Notes: a model not told the origin generated them from the sequence alone. Counted from the first letter of the stretch, positions 26,229 through 39,985 are shown. The stretch: 64,000 bases of DNA from Takakia lepidozioides (GCA_030704615.1 CM060733.1:52328001-52392000), one strand, 5' to 3'. A program made the numbers and translations.

Positions 26229-29200
26229 TTATTGGGCAAGCTCTACCCGGATGGATCGAATGATGATGGCAGTATCATCATCCCTCTTCCTTCTGGGCAC
26301 AAGACTAACCAGAATACTGGGCTCCTTCTCAAGGCCAAGCTGCTTCAGCTTTGAGCTGATGCCTACCTTGAAGGAATAATCGCGGCTACTAGTGTGTTCT
26401 CGTGAATTTCCAGCAGTCGGATAGGGGGAGAAAGCGCCTGCATACTCTGTACAACTCTAGGATGTATGCTCGTCCGCCTCGGGCAAATTCAAAAACAAGA
26501 CAAACCCTGCTGGTTTACCTGCTGGTATCCTTATGCCTTCAATGGCAAGGACCTCTTCTTGAAATCCTGATTCCGCTTGTTGCAATTCAAAAGCTTCAAC
26601 GATATTGGGAACTGGCCTTGAGATAGTAAAAGTAATGTTTCTAACATGCAACATTTTTGGTCCTCGTGTGGCAATCAAATCACAGTCCTTGGTTGTTGGC
26701 TCTGTCTGCCATGAAGGGACGATGAACCGTGCAAGCTTGGCTATGCCCCTCATGAGTTGCTCCAAGAACTCTGGAGCACAATCTGAAGACACTGAAACTG
26801 GAGCCGGCTTGGTGCTCAGACGGCTAGACTTGAATGAGAGCCAGTCATTCTCTATCTCCTCGAACTTGTAGCGAAGTTTTTCCATATCAAGAGAGTCTGC
26901 TACCTGTACAAATCACCAAGTGTCTTCATTGTTACTTGAACATCCACATTTGGACCAAAGTTGTTCGTACATAGTATAGAGGCACGTATTAACCGTTCTA
27001 GAGAGGGAAGGCGAGATAGGAGAACCAACCCTCACACGAACAAGATCAGCATTTTCATCGTAGAATACAAACTCCGAATTGAGCCAGTCGGGGTCAGTAA
27101 AGTCGAAATGTTGACCTCCTGGCAGGTGCTTCCAGAGGTCCCACAAACGGTCCACATTGGTGTGATGTACATAGAAAAGGGGATCTCTTGCTGAAGTAGA
27201 GCATCGGGCCATGTCGTCACCTTGTAACTTCCTCTCATCTCCTGCCCCCACATGTACACAGACAAGAAATAAATCGCCACAGCTCTCGGCTACTGCCGCA
27301 TCCTCGTATTGTACGAAGGCTCCCAGGAACTAGAAAGAGGTTTTGAAAATCTAGGATATTGAAACAAATTGCATGGGCGCCTTCCAAGGCGAACAATTCT
27401 CCTGTAGATGTTGATTTCATTTGACGTCAAAGACTCACCTCACAAAAGCACAGGATCCCAGACTCGTACAAGCTGCAGAGGGAGTACTCTTGCCTTGTAT
27501 ATCTCACAACTCAACGCACAGTTAGCGTAGATGTTTGCTGATCAACTGTTTTAGAAGCAAAGAGATGATTGTTTGCAAGTAGACGAGTGAAATGTTCGGT
27601 AATGAACCTGCCTAGAAGTGGACGCTGCCGTGGGGGTGAAGCTCGAAGATGGAAGGGCTATCAGGCGGTGCATAGCCGGCGCGGTAAGCCCCCGCCAGAA
27701 ACAAGGACGGGATGGGAGCGGCGCTCACCAAGCCGGGGTGTATAGCACGTTTCTGTTGATAGCCCGCTGCTCCTCCGGGCTGGGGACCGTGGCCGGGTCG
27801 TAAGGGGGCCAGAAAGAGAGGTCGATAATGGCGGGGGGCTGGTGGGCCGGGCTGCGTATTTCGTCGAACAGCCCGACGTTTCGGCGGTCGACGTACATGG
27901 AGGGGAGCACGTTGGAGGGCGGATCAACGTCGGCCTGGTTGTCCCACTGCCAGAACGGCAGCGCGAAGGTGTCGTCGTCCAACAGCCTTGCGAGTATTCG
28001 ATCGTGAAAGTAGACGTACCAGCGATGGTAGGGTTGCAGCAGCCAATTTTTGTGCACTTCCAGCAGCTCCGTGGAGTTCACTTGCCTGCGATAACAAGGA
28101 GTGGGATCCAGTGTTAGATAATTTAAAGTTGTCGCGGCCAGTAATATTCTAGTGGGAAGGTAAATGATCTTTCGGAGAGTGGATTACAGCTCAAGTCTTC
28201 AGCTTGCTTTACCTATGTTCACGAACTAGTTCTCATAAAGCAATTGAATATGTTACCAGTTGGCTACTATAACCTTGTAGCTAAGACCTCGATGTGTCCA
28301 TTTAAAATCTGTCAAATCTGCATTAATTTCATTCCTCGTTGTTAATGTGCTTACAATTGAGTACGTAAGAGGTCTCTCTCCTCTCGCTCCAGTAGAAGAG
28401 AATGGGGAGAAGAGCATTCCACCAACTATGTGATGGGGTACCCGCGAGAATATCTACAGGAGATAAAACTAAAATGCTAGGAGGAGATAGAGATAGCGGT
28501 TCTTTAGACTTCTACATCCTTTACCATTACTGTGTACCGCGATTATACAGGATCAACCTGTTCAGGAGATTGCGCCAAAGAAGAGGATAGAAGAGTGGGC
28601 CGGACTCAACACCCAGAAATGACTATCAGGGTTGAAAGCACTCACTCAGAGAAACGCGTTCAAGAAATTGAGGGAGAGCAACTACTGCCAGGGCGAAGTG
28701 TTAAGAATTCTTGCCTGTAAACTGTGGCACAGTAGGCACAGTGAATGTTGGCCTGACGAAGGAACGATCTTGGGTCATCATCTGGAAGCGCTTTCATCAG
28801 CTCGTATGCTCGATTGAGCTTCTCTATGTACGTCTGATCCACGTTGTGTAAGGATCGCCTTACCCGCATAGGCAAGTCTGTGTTGAATTGGAAGGTGATT
28901 TCGGGTCTCTTTGGGGGCAGAAAGCAGTAGTCTACTCGATCACTGTTTTCAATTATAGGTTGGCACCTGGTCAAGTCCGGGCCTAGCACTGGAGCGGCAT
29001 GCACAGTGTGCATCTTCCTACTACTAGCATAATTGCCCACAACAATTTCTTTGTTCCCAATCGACATCCCGGATGCAGTTCTTCCCTACCCATAGCTGTT
29101 GCCGGCAGATCCAGAGACCAACTAAGATATCAGCTGGACTCTGCGAGAGAGAGCCTAAATTACATGAATGGAGAACAATGCCTTGAACTCATGTTTCGGA

Positions 29201-29481
29201 TTCTTCTTCAAGGTGCAAAGTTTTGGAGACGCCCCACAGCTGTGCCGTGCAAACAGCTCAGGAGCTCGACTCTACATTATTGCTGTACCATAGGAGTTTC
29301 CAGTTCACCTTTACAGGCTTTACTATGCAGGTGGGCTGACGCACTGAACATTGAGGTATTGCTTTCTGGACAGCGGCAGTATGGCTGCAGCACTGCGTGA
29401 GCCTAAAGGCTGCAAACTACGCACTGTTTGTTCTCTGCTCATCGGTTTCAGTGATTGGGGTTCTGTTAAAACATCAGGCAT
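26229..29481 (-). pseudogene. PPO: Polyphenol oxidase (catechol oxidase/tyrosinase) pseudogene with introns
   Basis: Recognisable motifs: CuA (QANIHCAYC; VHKNWLLQPYHRWYVYFHDRIL; ALPFWQWD), CuB (HPHGSVHF; RDPLFYVHHTNVDRLW), DWL domain (ENDWL) and KFDV-like C-terminus (EEVLAIEGI, EYAGAF, LVSLVPR). Lesions: frameshift at ~27735, TAG in place of the conserved Trp at 27612-27614, stop at 26457-26459, and stops in the transit-peptide region. Confidence 0.9.
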
Positions 29482-29636
29482 CAGTTGGACAATGGCCAAA
29501 TGAAGCCACGTGTCCCTGGTATTTAAATTGAGGAAATTTATGGACAGCCCGAAATTTAAAGTGCTCCATGTAGGACGAAAACAAACTGTATATTTTTTAA
29601 AACAATTTAAAAAAAAGAAAAAACCCATATGGTACC

Positions 29637-29866
29637 GCCTCTCATTTTTGAATAATTGGGAGTTTACGTCGCGCGTGTGGGACAGGGCGCGCACGCCCGC
29701 ACGGACGCGGGGTCGCCCTCCCCCGCCCCGCCCACCCCCACCTGCCAGCCGCGCACCGCGGTCGGCAGCCCAGCCCGCCCCCGGACCACGGCCCCCGCCC
29801 ACCCGCCCTCGCCGCTGGGTCCGCCCGCCATCGGGTCCCCAGTGGGTCTGCCCAAGCTCGGTCTGC
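29637..29866 (+). repeat. Left TIR of outer MULE (GC-rich)
   Basis: Aligns by eye to the reverse complement of 52746-52998 with a few substitutions and small indels. Confidence 0.93.
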
Positions 29867-29996
29867 AAGGTCTGCCGCCAAGCAGCCCGATCCGGCAGAC
29901 CCAAATGCACCCCAGATGATGTGCCGCCCATCTCACCGTGATGCCGCGCTGCTATTGTAGCCGCCCGGATTTAGGGCATGGCAGCCGCCGCCAATC

Positions 29997-31345
29997 GTGG
30001 GCGAAGACTGTTTCATCGATCTTTTCCTCCCTCTAGTCTGTTCCTGCCAACGCGCTTCCGTCCTGCCAAGAACGTGCGTGTTGTCGTCCTTCGCTTCCAC
30101 TTTTCCAGGTCGTATTGCAGGTGCTTTCGAGTGCGCAAAGGGGTACTGCAGTGTATATGGCAGCGGCTGTCGATGCCCAACCATAAAGCTTTCTTATACG
30201 TCCACTGCGACAATGTCTTCTAACACCAGAAGATGGGCCATTTTCCTGCAAAGACCTTTACTAGAAGAACGAGAGTCGCTCTGGATACATGGGCTCTCAA
30301 GTGCGGGTCCACACGGCCTGTATTCCTTGGCAGAGAGTGCCCGACTTTGTACTTGGAGAGGAGAGTAGAGACGGGTGTTCCACCCAATTTTACATAAATG
30401 TGCATGTTAACGCGAAGCCCGGACCGCGAAGAGCTCCAAGAGCTAACACATATCTAACCTCTCTCATGTCTGCACTGTATTCCCGCACTGCCTCTTTGTT
30501 CATGCCCTGTGCTTGTGCTTGCCGGACATGTACATGCATGATATGTAGATAGGGTTTAGGCTGTCTTACATGCTTGCAGAACTCCATGGGTGTCGATGAC
30601 ATACGACCCTGTCCAGGTATCAGTGTTGCTATGGACCAGAGGACAAGCACACCAACAATTTGACTGTCACGGATCCTAAAGTCAAGCGAGGAGGTCCGGA
30701 TGTTGGGGCTAGAAGCAGTAATCCTCACAAAAGGTCCAAGACCCCAATACGGCGAGTCTTACAAGCGTGGGTGTCTCTGTTGTTTCAAAGTCTCGCAATG
30801 TTATCTTGCTCCAGACATTGGGGTCATCACATATTATAACAACATGCAACACCTGGATGTGTCCGGAAAACCCTCTCATGGCGGATATGCTGAGTTCCAG
30901 TTCAGCCGATATGCTTATGCTCCACATATTAGCAAGGAGCTCAAAAAGTGGATCATGGAATGCTTGTCTTGAGGCTTAAGTGTCGCCCAAGTCATGATTG
31001 AACACAAGGAGCACGTCATGCAGAACAGTGGCTTGGGAGACGCATGGACACGCGACGACTTTCTCCTCGAACAAGATGTCCGAAATCTTGCTGAAAAACG
31101 AGCCTGGCATTCCTTCAAAAAACACGCTGATGACGCACAATCCGTGCGTATGTGGAAAGATCAAAAACCCAGACTCGGTCTTCTTCTACTAGGAGGAATC
31201 ATTGGCACCCACATTTCAACATTTTGATGGAGATTTGACCTTCACCATTGGGATTCAGACTCCTTGGCAGCGGCAGAAGATGTTGGACTTGGGCCATGCG
31301 CGCATCGTAGCTTGTGACGCTACATTTGGAACTAACCATCACAAG
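29997..31345 (+). pseudogene. 5' half of outer MULE transposase (At1g60560/At4g13970-like SWIM family), with frameshifts and stops
   Basis: Fragments IPWQRVPDFVLGEESR, KRGCLCCFKV...HLDVSGKPSHG, TRDDFLLEQDVRNL...DDAQSVRMW, IGIQTPWQRQKML...IVACDATFGTNHHK (first catalytic Asp). Ends abruptly at 31345. Confidence 0.85.
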
Positions 31346-31578
31346 ATCTGCCATGGACCCTCTCCACGGGCTTCTGCTAGCATGATAACATACTACAATG
31401 GTCTCCCACTCTTGTGGTGCATTGTTTATTCGTCCTCAATCCCGATAGACCTAACTGTTGTAGACCCTGTCCCAGTACACCCTGTTCTAGCAGACCTTCC
31501 ACTGCACTCTGTTTTAGGGCAGACCCTTTTGCGTGTTCACCCTGATACAGTAGACCCTGTGTCTGTGATGTACACTTT

Positions 31579-32187
31579 TGTGGAACATTTCATTAGTCTG
31601 CTGTCGTGGTCTACTGCTAAACATTTCTGCTCGATGTTTTGTATTGAGTAGTGCTCCACGTGGTCTGCTTGTGAATCGATGTATGTTGTACTCCTGGCCA
31701 TGGTCTGCTTCTGAAGTGATTGGTCTGCTATCTCCACGGAGTGGACTTAATTTGGACCACGGTTGTTGGTCTCCTCCATGAAATAGTGGTATACCAAATT
31801 CGGTGGCACAGGTCTGTCCCATCGTTAGTCGAATGTATTGTCTTGGGCTACCCCTGTACTATATTGGTCTGCTTCATATGGTCTGTGGAACATTTCATGA
31901 GTCTGCTGTCGTGGTCTACTGCTAATACTTCTGGTCGACGTTTTGTATTGAGTAGTGATCCATGTGGTGTGCTGGTCCGATGTTATTGATCTGTCGATGT
32001 ATGCAGTACTCCTCGACGTGGTCTGCTACTGAATTAATGTTATTGGTCTGCTACCTCCACGGAGTGGACTGAGTTTGGACTAGTCTGCTCCATGGCATAG
32101 TGGTATACTAAATTCGGTGGTCGGCTAAATGTGGGGCACAAGTCAGTCCAATTGTTAGTCGAGTGTACTGTCTTTGGTCTGCTTCAT
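31579..32187. repeat. Two-copy ~305-bp tandem duplication rich in GGTCT(G/A)
   Basis: TGTGGAACATTTCAT(T/G)AGTCTGCTGTCGTGGTCTACTGCTAA starts at 31579 and again at 31884, and downstream similarity continues. Confidence 0.8.
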
Positions 32188-32890
32188 TGAACTATGCTTG
32201 CTTCATTACTCTACTACATTCGTTTACTGGTTCACTTTGGCTCATTTTTTGACTTCATGGTCTTCTTCATCAACGACGCAATGGCGTGAGCGTTGCGCGT
32301 GAGCGCGCGAGCGTACGCTCACGCAGGAGTGACGTGGCGTGAGCCTGCACACACGCTGACGTGGCGTGAGCGTCATGTCAGCATGCTGATGTGGCGGTAA
32401 ATGATGACATGGCACTGTCCGTCATCTGCCACGTCACCATTAACATGCGCCGCCTATAACCGTGGATGGTCCTATGACCGTGGAATTAATGCAGGGAATC
32501 TTGCCTAAATAGAATCAAGACGAGCATTGAGGCCTACAATTGCAGCATCCAACATTGTGCAATTACAAATGCTTGTTTCACTTTTACAATTACGAGGACG
32601 ACAAAATATCCTCACAAAGTGTGCGCCATAAAGGCTGCCACGGGAAGACCTTCCTCCCTCCTCAAATAACAATGAGAGTTAGGATCATCTTCAAAAGATG
32701 ATTGTAGTGCATAGCGACAGCAAGACATGTAGACTTCGAACGGTGCAATGACAAATGTGCACTACCTAAAAGTTGTCACTCAGAGCTCACTCCGTATAGT
32801 TGGAGGCCATATCATTGCACAGCTGACGAATTGATGTGAATTACACATTTCAAATCATGGTCATCCGCATACCACATTACATAGTTCATG

Positions 32891-35800
32891 CTACCCATGT
32901 GTTGTATCTCGCTGCAAAAGAGTATCGACCTCGTTGAAACTCATAGTGGCCTGGTGAATGAAGTTGTCACGTTTGGGATCGCAAACCATCCTCCTCAAAA
33001 ATATGAAATACAAATGTTTGCAGGGTATGAATTTACCTCTCTTGCCCAAACTGGTTGATAGCATATTCACAAAATCAGGACATGTGCAATTGGGGAAATT
33101 GGAAACCGTGATGTCGTAGGTCCTGTCATGAACAGCAGATGTGGAAGTGATGATTGTGAATACCCGACCATATCCTGGATCGGGTACTTCCGTGGTGCTT
33201 CCAACACGAGCTTGGAGCATTCTTGCGGACTCCACTTTGCCAAAGTGTTCAGCGGTTGGAGGGAAACGCCGAACGAGCTTTCCATCTCGTTTGGTTGGCC
33301 ACAAGTCAGGATTTGCCGGGGGGACCCGGGAGGACGCAGAAGTAGTAGCACATGCATGGAGTTGGGGTTGTCTCGCAAGGGAAAAACCTGCCTCCTCCAA
33401 CATTTCAATCTCCTGAAAGCTGAGATGTGTTCCCACCTTCACGGGCCAAACAGTTGGAGGAGTTGGCTTCATCACTACGGAAGGACGCACAGTTCCATGC
33501 ACACATCTGGCACAATCATCTGCGCAGAACCAGAACTTGTGGTTCTTGGCTTCTGGTTGACCGTATGGACGCATCAAGCCCGTGAAAGTCGGAGCAGGAG
33601 TTCGGGCACCACCTCTGGATATAGATGAAGTGCACTTCTCGAAATTAGTTGCCCTGATCGCTGTACATTTCACACGAGACCCTACACTTGTGCGTTTATG
33701 TGCCAAACGTGGTCGGGGCATGCGGACTCAAGCACATCAAGGGGGTTGTTTCTCTCCTGCACCATTTCAGTGGCACTGTTTGATGCTGGAGCTTGCCGTC
33801 GTGTTGGAGGTTCCTCCACAATGGAGGTTCCGGACATGGAGCTGTCATGCAGGGGAACACGAGGCTTCGAGAAGTTATCACGGTCTGCCCTGTGGGAATC
33901 TGAATCCGAACCAGGTGGAGTGTTCAATTTCCTCTTACAGGAGCCGAATCTCTCCTCCCCTTCAAGATGTGGAACTCTAGAAACAAGTGGCGTTCCCTGG
34001 GCATACATGCTCACCGCCCATGCTATCTTGATTGGATCCCCAGATCTGTTTGCAGCACGCAACATCAACTCCCATTTGTCCGGACCCTTGCCACCAACCC
34101 CACCTCGTAAGAAATCACGGTATCGGGTTTGTTGTTGCAAGGCACGTATCAAATCATCTGTTGTTGCCACATACAAATCCCGACCTCGTTTCCCAGACTG
34201 CTGCAACCATGCGTTGTGCACAGTTTCTGCCAAATTGCAAGATGGCATGTCCGCCATTTCCTCAATGGACATGTTCTGCAAAGAGGATAACCACACTTCA
34301 GAACAGTGCACAGGAAACAACATAAAGAAAGCAATGAGTCAAAAATATGGAAAGCAAATGTATGAATAAAGCATGAAATAGAAGCCTCGTACCATTGTCA
34401 TGGCTGCTCCCCACTGTCTATACCGGAAGTGCCAAAACGCCAGCCAATCTTCCAATGCTCTCATACTCTCAAGTGATGCAGCTCCAGAAGAGAACCACCA
34501 TGCACGAATTGTCTGGAACAAAGTGTCCGTCCTTCATTGTTCTAGCATCTTTGTACTCTTTGCACAATTTACGGTGCTGAGTCTGCATCTCTGGTTTGAT
34601 GTCCGACTTTGTATGTTTTTCCAGAGATTGTGTCCAATGGAATAGACATGTACGCTCTCTTCCTGGCATAGGCACTTTTGGGTCGCCCGATCCGAAGACA
34701 ATACGAACAGCATTGAAATTTGCTTGAGCACTATCCGCCATGAAACCTGCGAAATTTGGAGATGGCAGCCCATGGCAGCCCATGACACGTATCAGGAATT
34801 CCACATGAGCTTCTGGGATTCCGTATCCTCGGATTGCATGTCACAAACTTCAATTGTCATAACTCGTTGGTACACTGGATCGTAGACATGACAAGCCATT
34901 GTCGTCCAATCCTTCACTCGTTTCACATGATCAAACATAAGAAAACAGTTCTGCAAGTCCCCAGTTTCTGCATCCGCTTCACGAGGCTAACCCCACTGCC
35001 CTCCCCAACAGTCGACATTTTGAAAAGAAAAACTTTGATGGCACCTTGACCTGGGAATACATTGTCCTGGATGTAATCGTACTTGCTCACTCGTTTCAAT
35101 TCCAAAATATTGTCTATGTAGCCTCTGATCCCAGAGCCCATTCTCAATGCATTGATCTGATGCCGAATGTTAGGTGAACTTAAAGTGGAGAAATGATCCA
35201 TGACCAGGTCCAATGCTGCACCGTCAAGTTTAGTCCCCACAGAATCTCCTTCACTCAAAATATGGCTTTCCAAGAAGGACTTGCTTGCGCCAAGAGCAAT
35301 TGCAGATGTTGTTGCGGATGGGTTTCTCCCGAACTCCTGTTTGATCAACCTCGATACTGTCTCAACACTCTCCCTGTAATCCCCCTTCGAGACAGGATGG
35401 TTATGGAATCCAAAATGCACACAAGCTCTCGTCATTGTATTCAAACGGTGGACAACATAGTACATTCTTGCTCCGCAGAGCGCCAACAGGATGGCACAAG
35501 TTTGCAGAATTTGCAGACGAAAGTGTTTGCCGGTGGAGGGGCAGTCCCAGGCTGAAATGGATTTTCCGCCAGACCCTCCCATTTGCTTTGATTATGAACC
35601 CCAGACTGAAGAAAGTGTCTGCAATTCAAATTATCACACCTAAGGTGTCCATTGCAAATTGTCCTCATGAAAACAAGCTTGTCATCATTCTGAATATTGG
35701 ATGTTTTTGTTCTGCACCACGGGTGCCCGTCATGTTTCTTGTCCATTCCATGCATCATGATTGTTACACCTCCAACTCGCGGAGGAGGAGGCAGCTCGAA

Positions 35801-36400
35801 TAGGATATCGCCATCAAAAGTCTCCGGCAAGAACTTCACAGGCATCTGCTTCAAAGATTCCCAATCAATTCCCCGCAACTCACTTTTGAATCCAGCCATT
35901 CCTCCCATCGCCCGCAATTTTGGAATGACACTACAAATCTCTTCTTCATCAGCTTCTCCAACCACAGTAGGAAGGACTGGATTTGGAATTTCACTTATGT
36001 CATCATCGGAAGAATCCGAAAGCTCAACGATTGGAGTGGAGGACGTCTGTTCTTTTTTCACCACCACCTCCCTCTTGTCTTCAACGACCGAAGCAGCAGT
36101 CCCGGGCGTCACATATGACCCAAGGGACTTTCGCCGAGGCTCTCCAAGTACTCTGTATCGACCAGGACGCACTCTCCACTGGCTGATATGAGCCGTCTCA
36201 TCACGGTTTTGGAAAGAATATTTCAACAACTTCCCTTTAAGATCGTACACCTCTTTCTCCAAAAAAATGGAGCCATTCTGCAGCTGAAAACGGGTAGCCA
36301 AGACATGTTCCAGAACAATTGCAAATCCATTGTCAAGGACTTCCTGGGAGAACGGCACTGGTTTGTCGTCAGAGAAGAACTCCGCTTCAGAGGAAGCCAT
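32891..36400 (-). pseudogene. Transposase of nested MULE (GCM/WRKY-like Zn domain + DDE + SWIM), at least three frameshifts
   Basis: DGHPWCRTKTSN...CNGHLRCDNLNC...CKFC, CGARMYY...HFGFHNHP, MFDHVKRVKDWTT, FMADSAQANFNAV, ERTCLFHWTQS, PSCNLAETVHNAW, and SWIM CTCPDF...PCKHLYF. Frameshifts at ~35485, ~34965 and ~34800. Confidence 0.85.
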
Positions 36401-37614
36401 CTTCCTTCCTCGCGTACGTTTGTACCTTGCTATCGCAGATCTAGTGTAAATCGGTTTACAAATGTCTCCAGAACACAGTTGAAGAATGAGCACAGAATAT
36501 GGCGGAGGAAGCTCAGATAACGACTGTGCATATTATGTTATTCTTTCCAGATATGCAGCCGTCCATTTTAATTACTTTTCTTGTGGGCCCAGTGGTCAGA
36601 GTATCCCTAGGTGCAGTGTCGGCAGCTGTAAAACCGTTAACCAGAACCTCCCCCAAAAACAAAGCCGACTTCCTGGAAGCATGCCACACGATCTGAGAAT
36701 GGGATTGCAGATTAAGTAAATGTATCTATATACTACTACCAATGATCATGCGCACCTGGAAAGTTCCAAATGTGAAACGAATGTGGGGTTTGGCTAACAA
36801 GGATGACCGTGTATGATATTCCAAGATTTGTCATCAAACTCTCGTTCATTTACATTTATTTGTGTAAGACTGCGCCAAAATTTCTGGGATTCGCTGTTAT
36901 TTTTAAATATTGAAACCGTTCTAATAAAGAACACGCCGTTTTTTTTGGGCGACACACGTCAGACATCCATAACTGAATACGAACAGCTGTACACCAATTG
37001 CTGGCATGTGCACTAATAAGGGAACGACTATGTGTAACGGTCACGCGGGAGGGAATCCGATGCTTCTAGAGACACGCAAGAACGCAGGCAATCCCGCAAG
37101 AAATCGGGAGTCACTGCGTTTTTCTACTTTTCGCGCTTAGAGGGAGAGTGGTAGTCAAGCTGGAGAGGGTTCCTTCTAGAATACGAAAGAGAAGAAAGTC
37201 TCTTTATTTTACTTCCCTTAGAGAGAGACGCAGAGCAAGAGAGAAAATGACGAGGCGTCGTTTGTTGGAGAACACAGGGCCAAGGCAGCAGGTGAACGCG
37301 GAGACTGATTCACAAGAGCAGACGGAGACTGAGGCAGCGGCTGTGACACAGTCGGCGATAAGAGTGCGCCAGCCTGTGGAGGCAGAGATGATTCGCAGGG
37401 ACACTGAAGGAGGTGGAAGCACGCGGAACGCCGAACCGGGAGAAGGTCAAGAAACCCTAGCGCAGACAGAAATTCCAGCAGATGTGAGAGGGAAGAGGAA
37501 AGCTGCAGAAGGGGATCAAATTTCAAAACCTAAGAAGGTGCCAGTAAGTTTTATCTAACTTACATTTCATTGTTGAAGATATGCGTAGAGATTGAGTGGA
37601 ATGTCCCAGACAAG

Positions 37615-38115
37615 GATTGTCGCTACCGACCATCACAAAGGTGATTTGCTTTCTACTCCTCTGCGAAGGGTTTACCGCACAATGAGTTGGTGACTATCGG
37701 TACAGTCATTCACTGGTGTTCAGATCATACAGTCTGTCTGATTGCCTTTCAAGGAGTCCTTCCTCTTCCCTTCTTTAGCAGGAACTACTGAATTGCGAGC
37801 GTCGTTAACGCCATTCGATTCTCCTCATGAGATTTATGTACCTATGTGTTTGAAGAGAGAGTCTGCACTTACTATCCGCCCTAAACTACACTGAATGTTG
37901 TTGCCGCCAATCAGTTGCACATATATGTCATTACACAACACCGATCCGGCAAGTCGTTATCTTTTGTGATTGTCGTTAACGCCGTTCGCTATCGCTCTCG
38001 CTTTTGTTTTGAATACGGCAGTATCAGCTTTGCTTGTGTAGATTGTGCTGAATTCTTTCACACCATTCATGGTGAGATTCCTTGAGACAGAGTAATGGTC
38101 GTTACCGCCATTCAC
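37615..38115. repeat. Degenerate palindrome array in intron 1 of the ParB-MTase gene
   Basis: About six degenerate copies of GA(A/T)TGTCGTT(A/G)ACG(C/A)CATTCAC at ~37615, 37692, 37801, 37893, 37968 and 38094. Confidence 0.65.
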
Positions 38116-39985
38116 TATTTGCAAATCACTCAGTCAGAACTGAATGACATCGTGCAGAAAATTGTGAGGTCGAAGCCTACAGGATCAGAGCGGAAAGGAT
38201 CTGGAGATGGGGACAAGTCCGCAAAAAGCTCAGAGAATACAGATGAAGCAGATGAATCTGAAGTGCACTACCTTGACAAGGTGAAAGAACTCATGTCATT
38301 CCAGAAGGTAAACTCTCAGGAGGTTATAAGGGACATGCTCGTATCTGGAGGGCGTCTGGACATACCTCTGTGCCGGATGATATCAATGCCTGTTGTGCGT
38401 CCACCTCTTTCCCATGACATAACAAAATCGGAGAGTGATTTTGTGCATGGATATAGACTTGGTGCACAAGTTTTTTATGTGTCACTGACGGATATAAATG
38501 GGAAAAGCACATTAGTGTCTCCAGATATCAGTGATAACTGGGATGAGTGCTGGAAAGATGCCAATGAGGAGTTTGAGCTGGGCCTCATGATGGGAAAGAA
38601 CACCCAGCAATTCTGCAACCACATGTTCTACGTCTGGGACGGCAACCACCGATTGCTGGCATGGATGGGATACATTCAGAAACACCATGCGAAAGACAAA
38701 GACAAGCATGTTGCTGTGGAGGTAATGGTTTTGGATCTTGGAAACAACATCGTTAGGCTTCTTACAACTATGCACGACGTGAACAAGTAAGTCATCCAGG
38801 AGATTTCATTCCCTCTGTAGTGTCTTATTAATCCTCAAAAAACAGTGTTAAGGAATGCAATGTTTCCAATGTTTTTGCGGATCGATAGAGAAATTGCATG
38901 TGACAACAAGCTTGGTTCACACACTATTCCGAATTCAGAGGATTGGTCTGATGAAGCTGGATGATTTTCGGACAGTACTACCACCCAATATCATCAAGAA
39001 GTGCGAAACAGGAAGAGCTGCAGGCACTTGGTATTCTTTGACACGAGAGGCGTTTCTGGAGTACATGTATGCGGTAAGCCCGAGTCTGTAATCTGTTTAC
39101 TTTCGAATACATGTTTGTAGTCCCTTCGGAGCTAATCACTACTTGAATCAATGCAGCAAGAACTGGCAGAGGCAGCTGAGAAGGGAAAATCCGAATATTA
39201 CCGCACTACACCAAAAGAACTAAGGACATCAAAGGGTGTGGAAGCTGCAATAAAGAAGGAGTTTGAAATGCGAAGAACCAAATTGATGTCCGCCTTAAGA
39301 AAGCAGCTTAGAATAGTAGATCCTGGACTTGGTCCTGAGTTCCTTCAGCAGATCAAAACACACTATGACAAGCATGTGCATCCGGAGATGCAGCAGGAGA
39401 AATTGCACCGGCTGGCCATATCGATGGTCGACCCACAAACAAAAATAAGGTGGCTGGAGATATGGAACTCAGATCAAACAGTAAAGGACTTGAAGTTTCC
39501 AAAGAGCACCATACAGCCTGGCACAAAGGTGGAAGGAATCAGTGATTTGGTGTTTGATAACTGGCTCCACAAGGCTATATTTTGGAGTCAGGTGTGTATT
39601 CAAACATGTTGTTTTCTTCTCTTCAAGTATGTGATGAGTATCTTATTTGCAATTTTGACAAATATACTATTTGCAGCTCGAAAAGCGCGCCGTCATTGTG
39701 CTGGATCAGACTTTGAAGGACCTGAACATTTCGATTGTTTCCCCTCCCCAAATGTCATTGGAGGCATACATAAGGAAGTGGAGAGGTCTCACCTGGAGAT
39801 ACTGTTTTTTCCGGGAGTTCTCCAAAGATGGTAACATTTTACGGTCCAACGACTTTGACAGTCAGGTTGGAGGAGAGTGGGCCATGATGCGAGTTGTGTA
39901 CAGGTGCAATGTCATACTTGAAACTCTACTGTTTTTTTTGGGAAAAAATGTGGCTTCATATGGATTGCAATCTTAGATCCAGATT

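Noticed and set aside
29323-29941. Pro/Arg/Gly-rich ORFs overlapping the left TIR (and equivalents at 52505-53149)
   Set aside because: Stop-poor reading of GC-rich inverted repeats in several frames, with no protein motifs.
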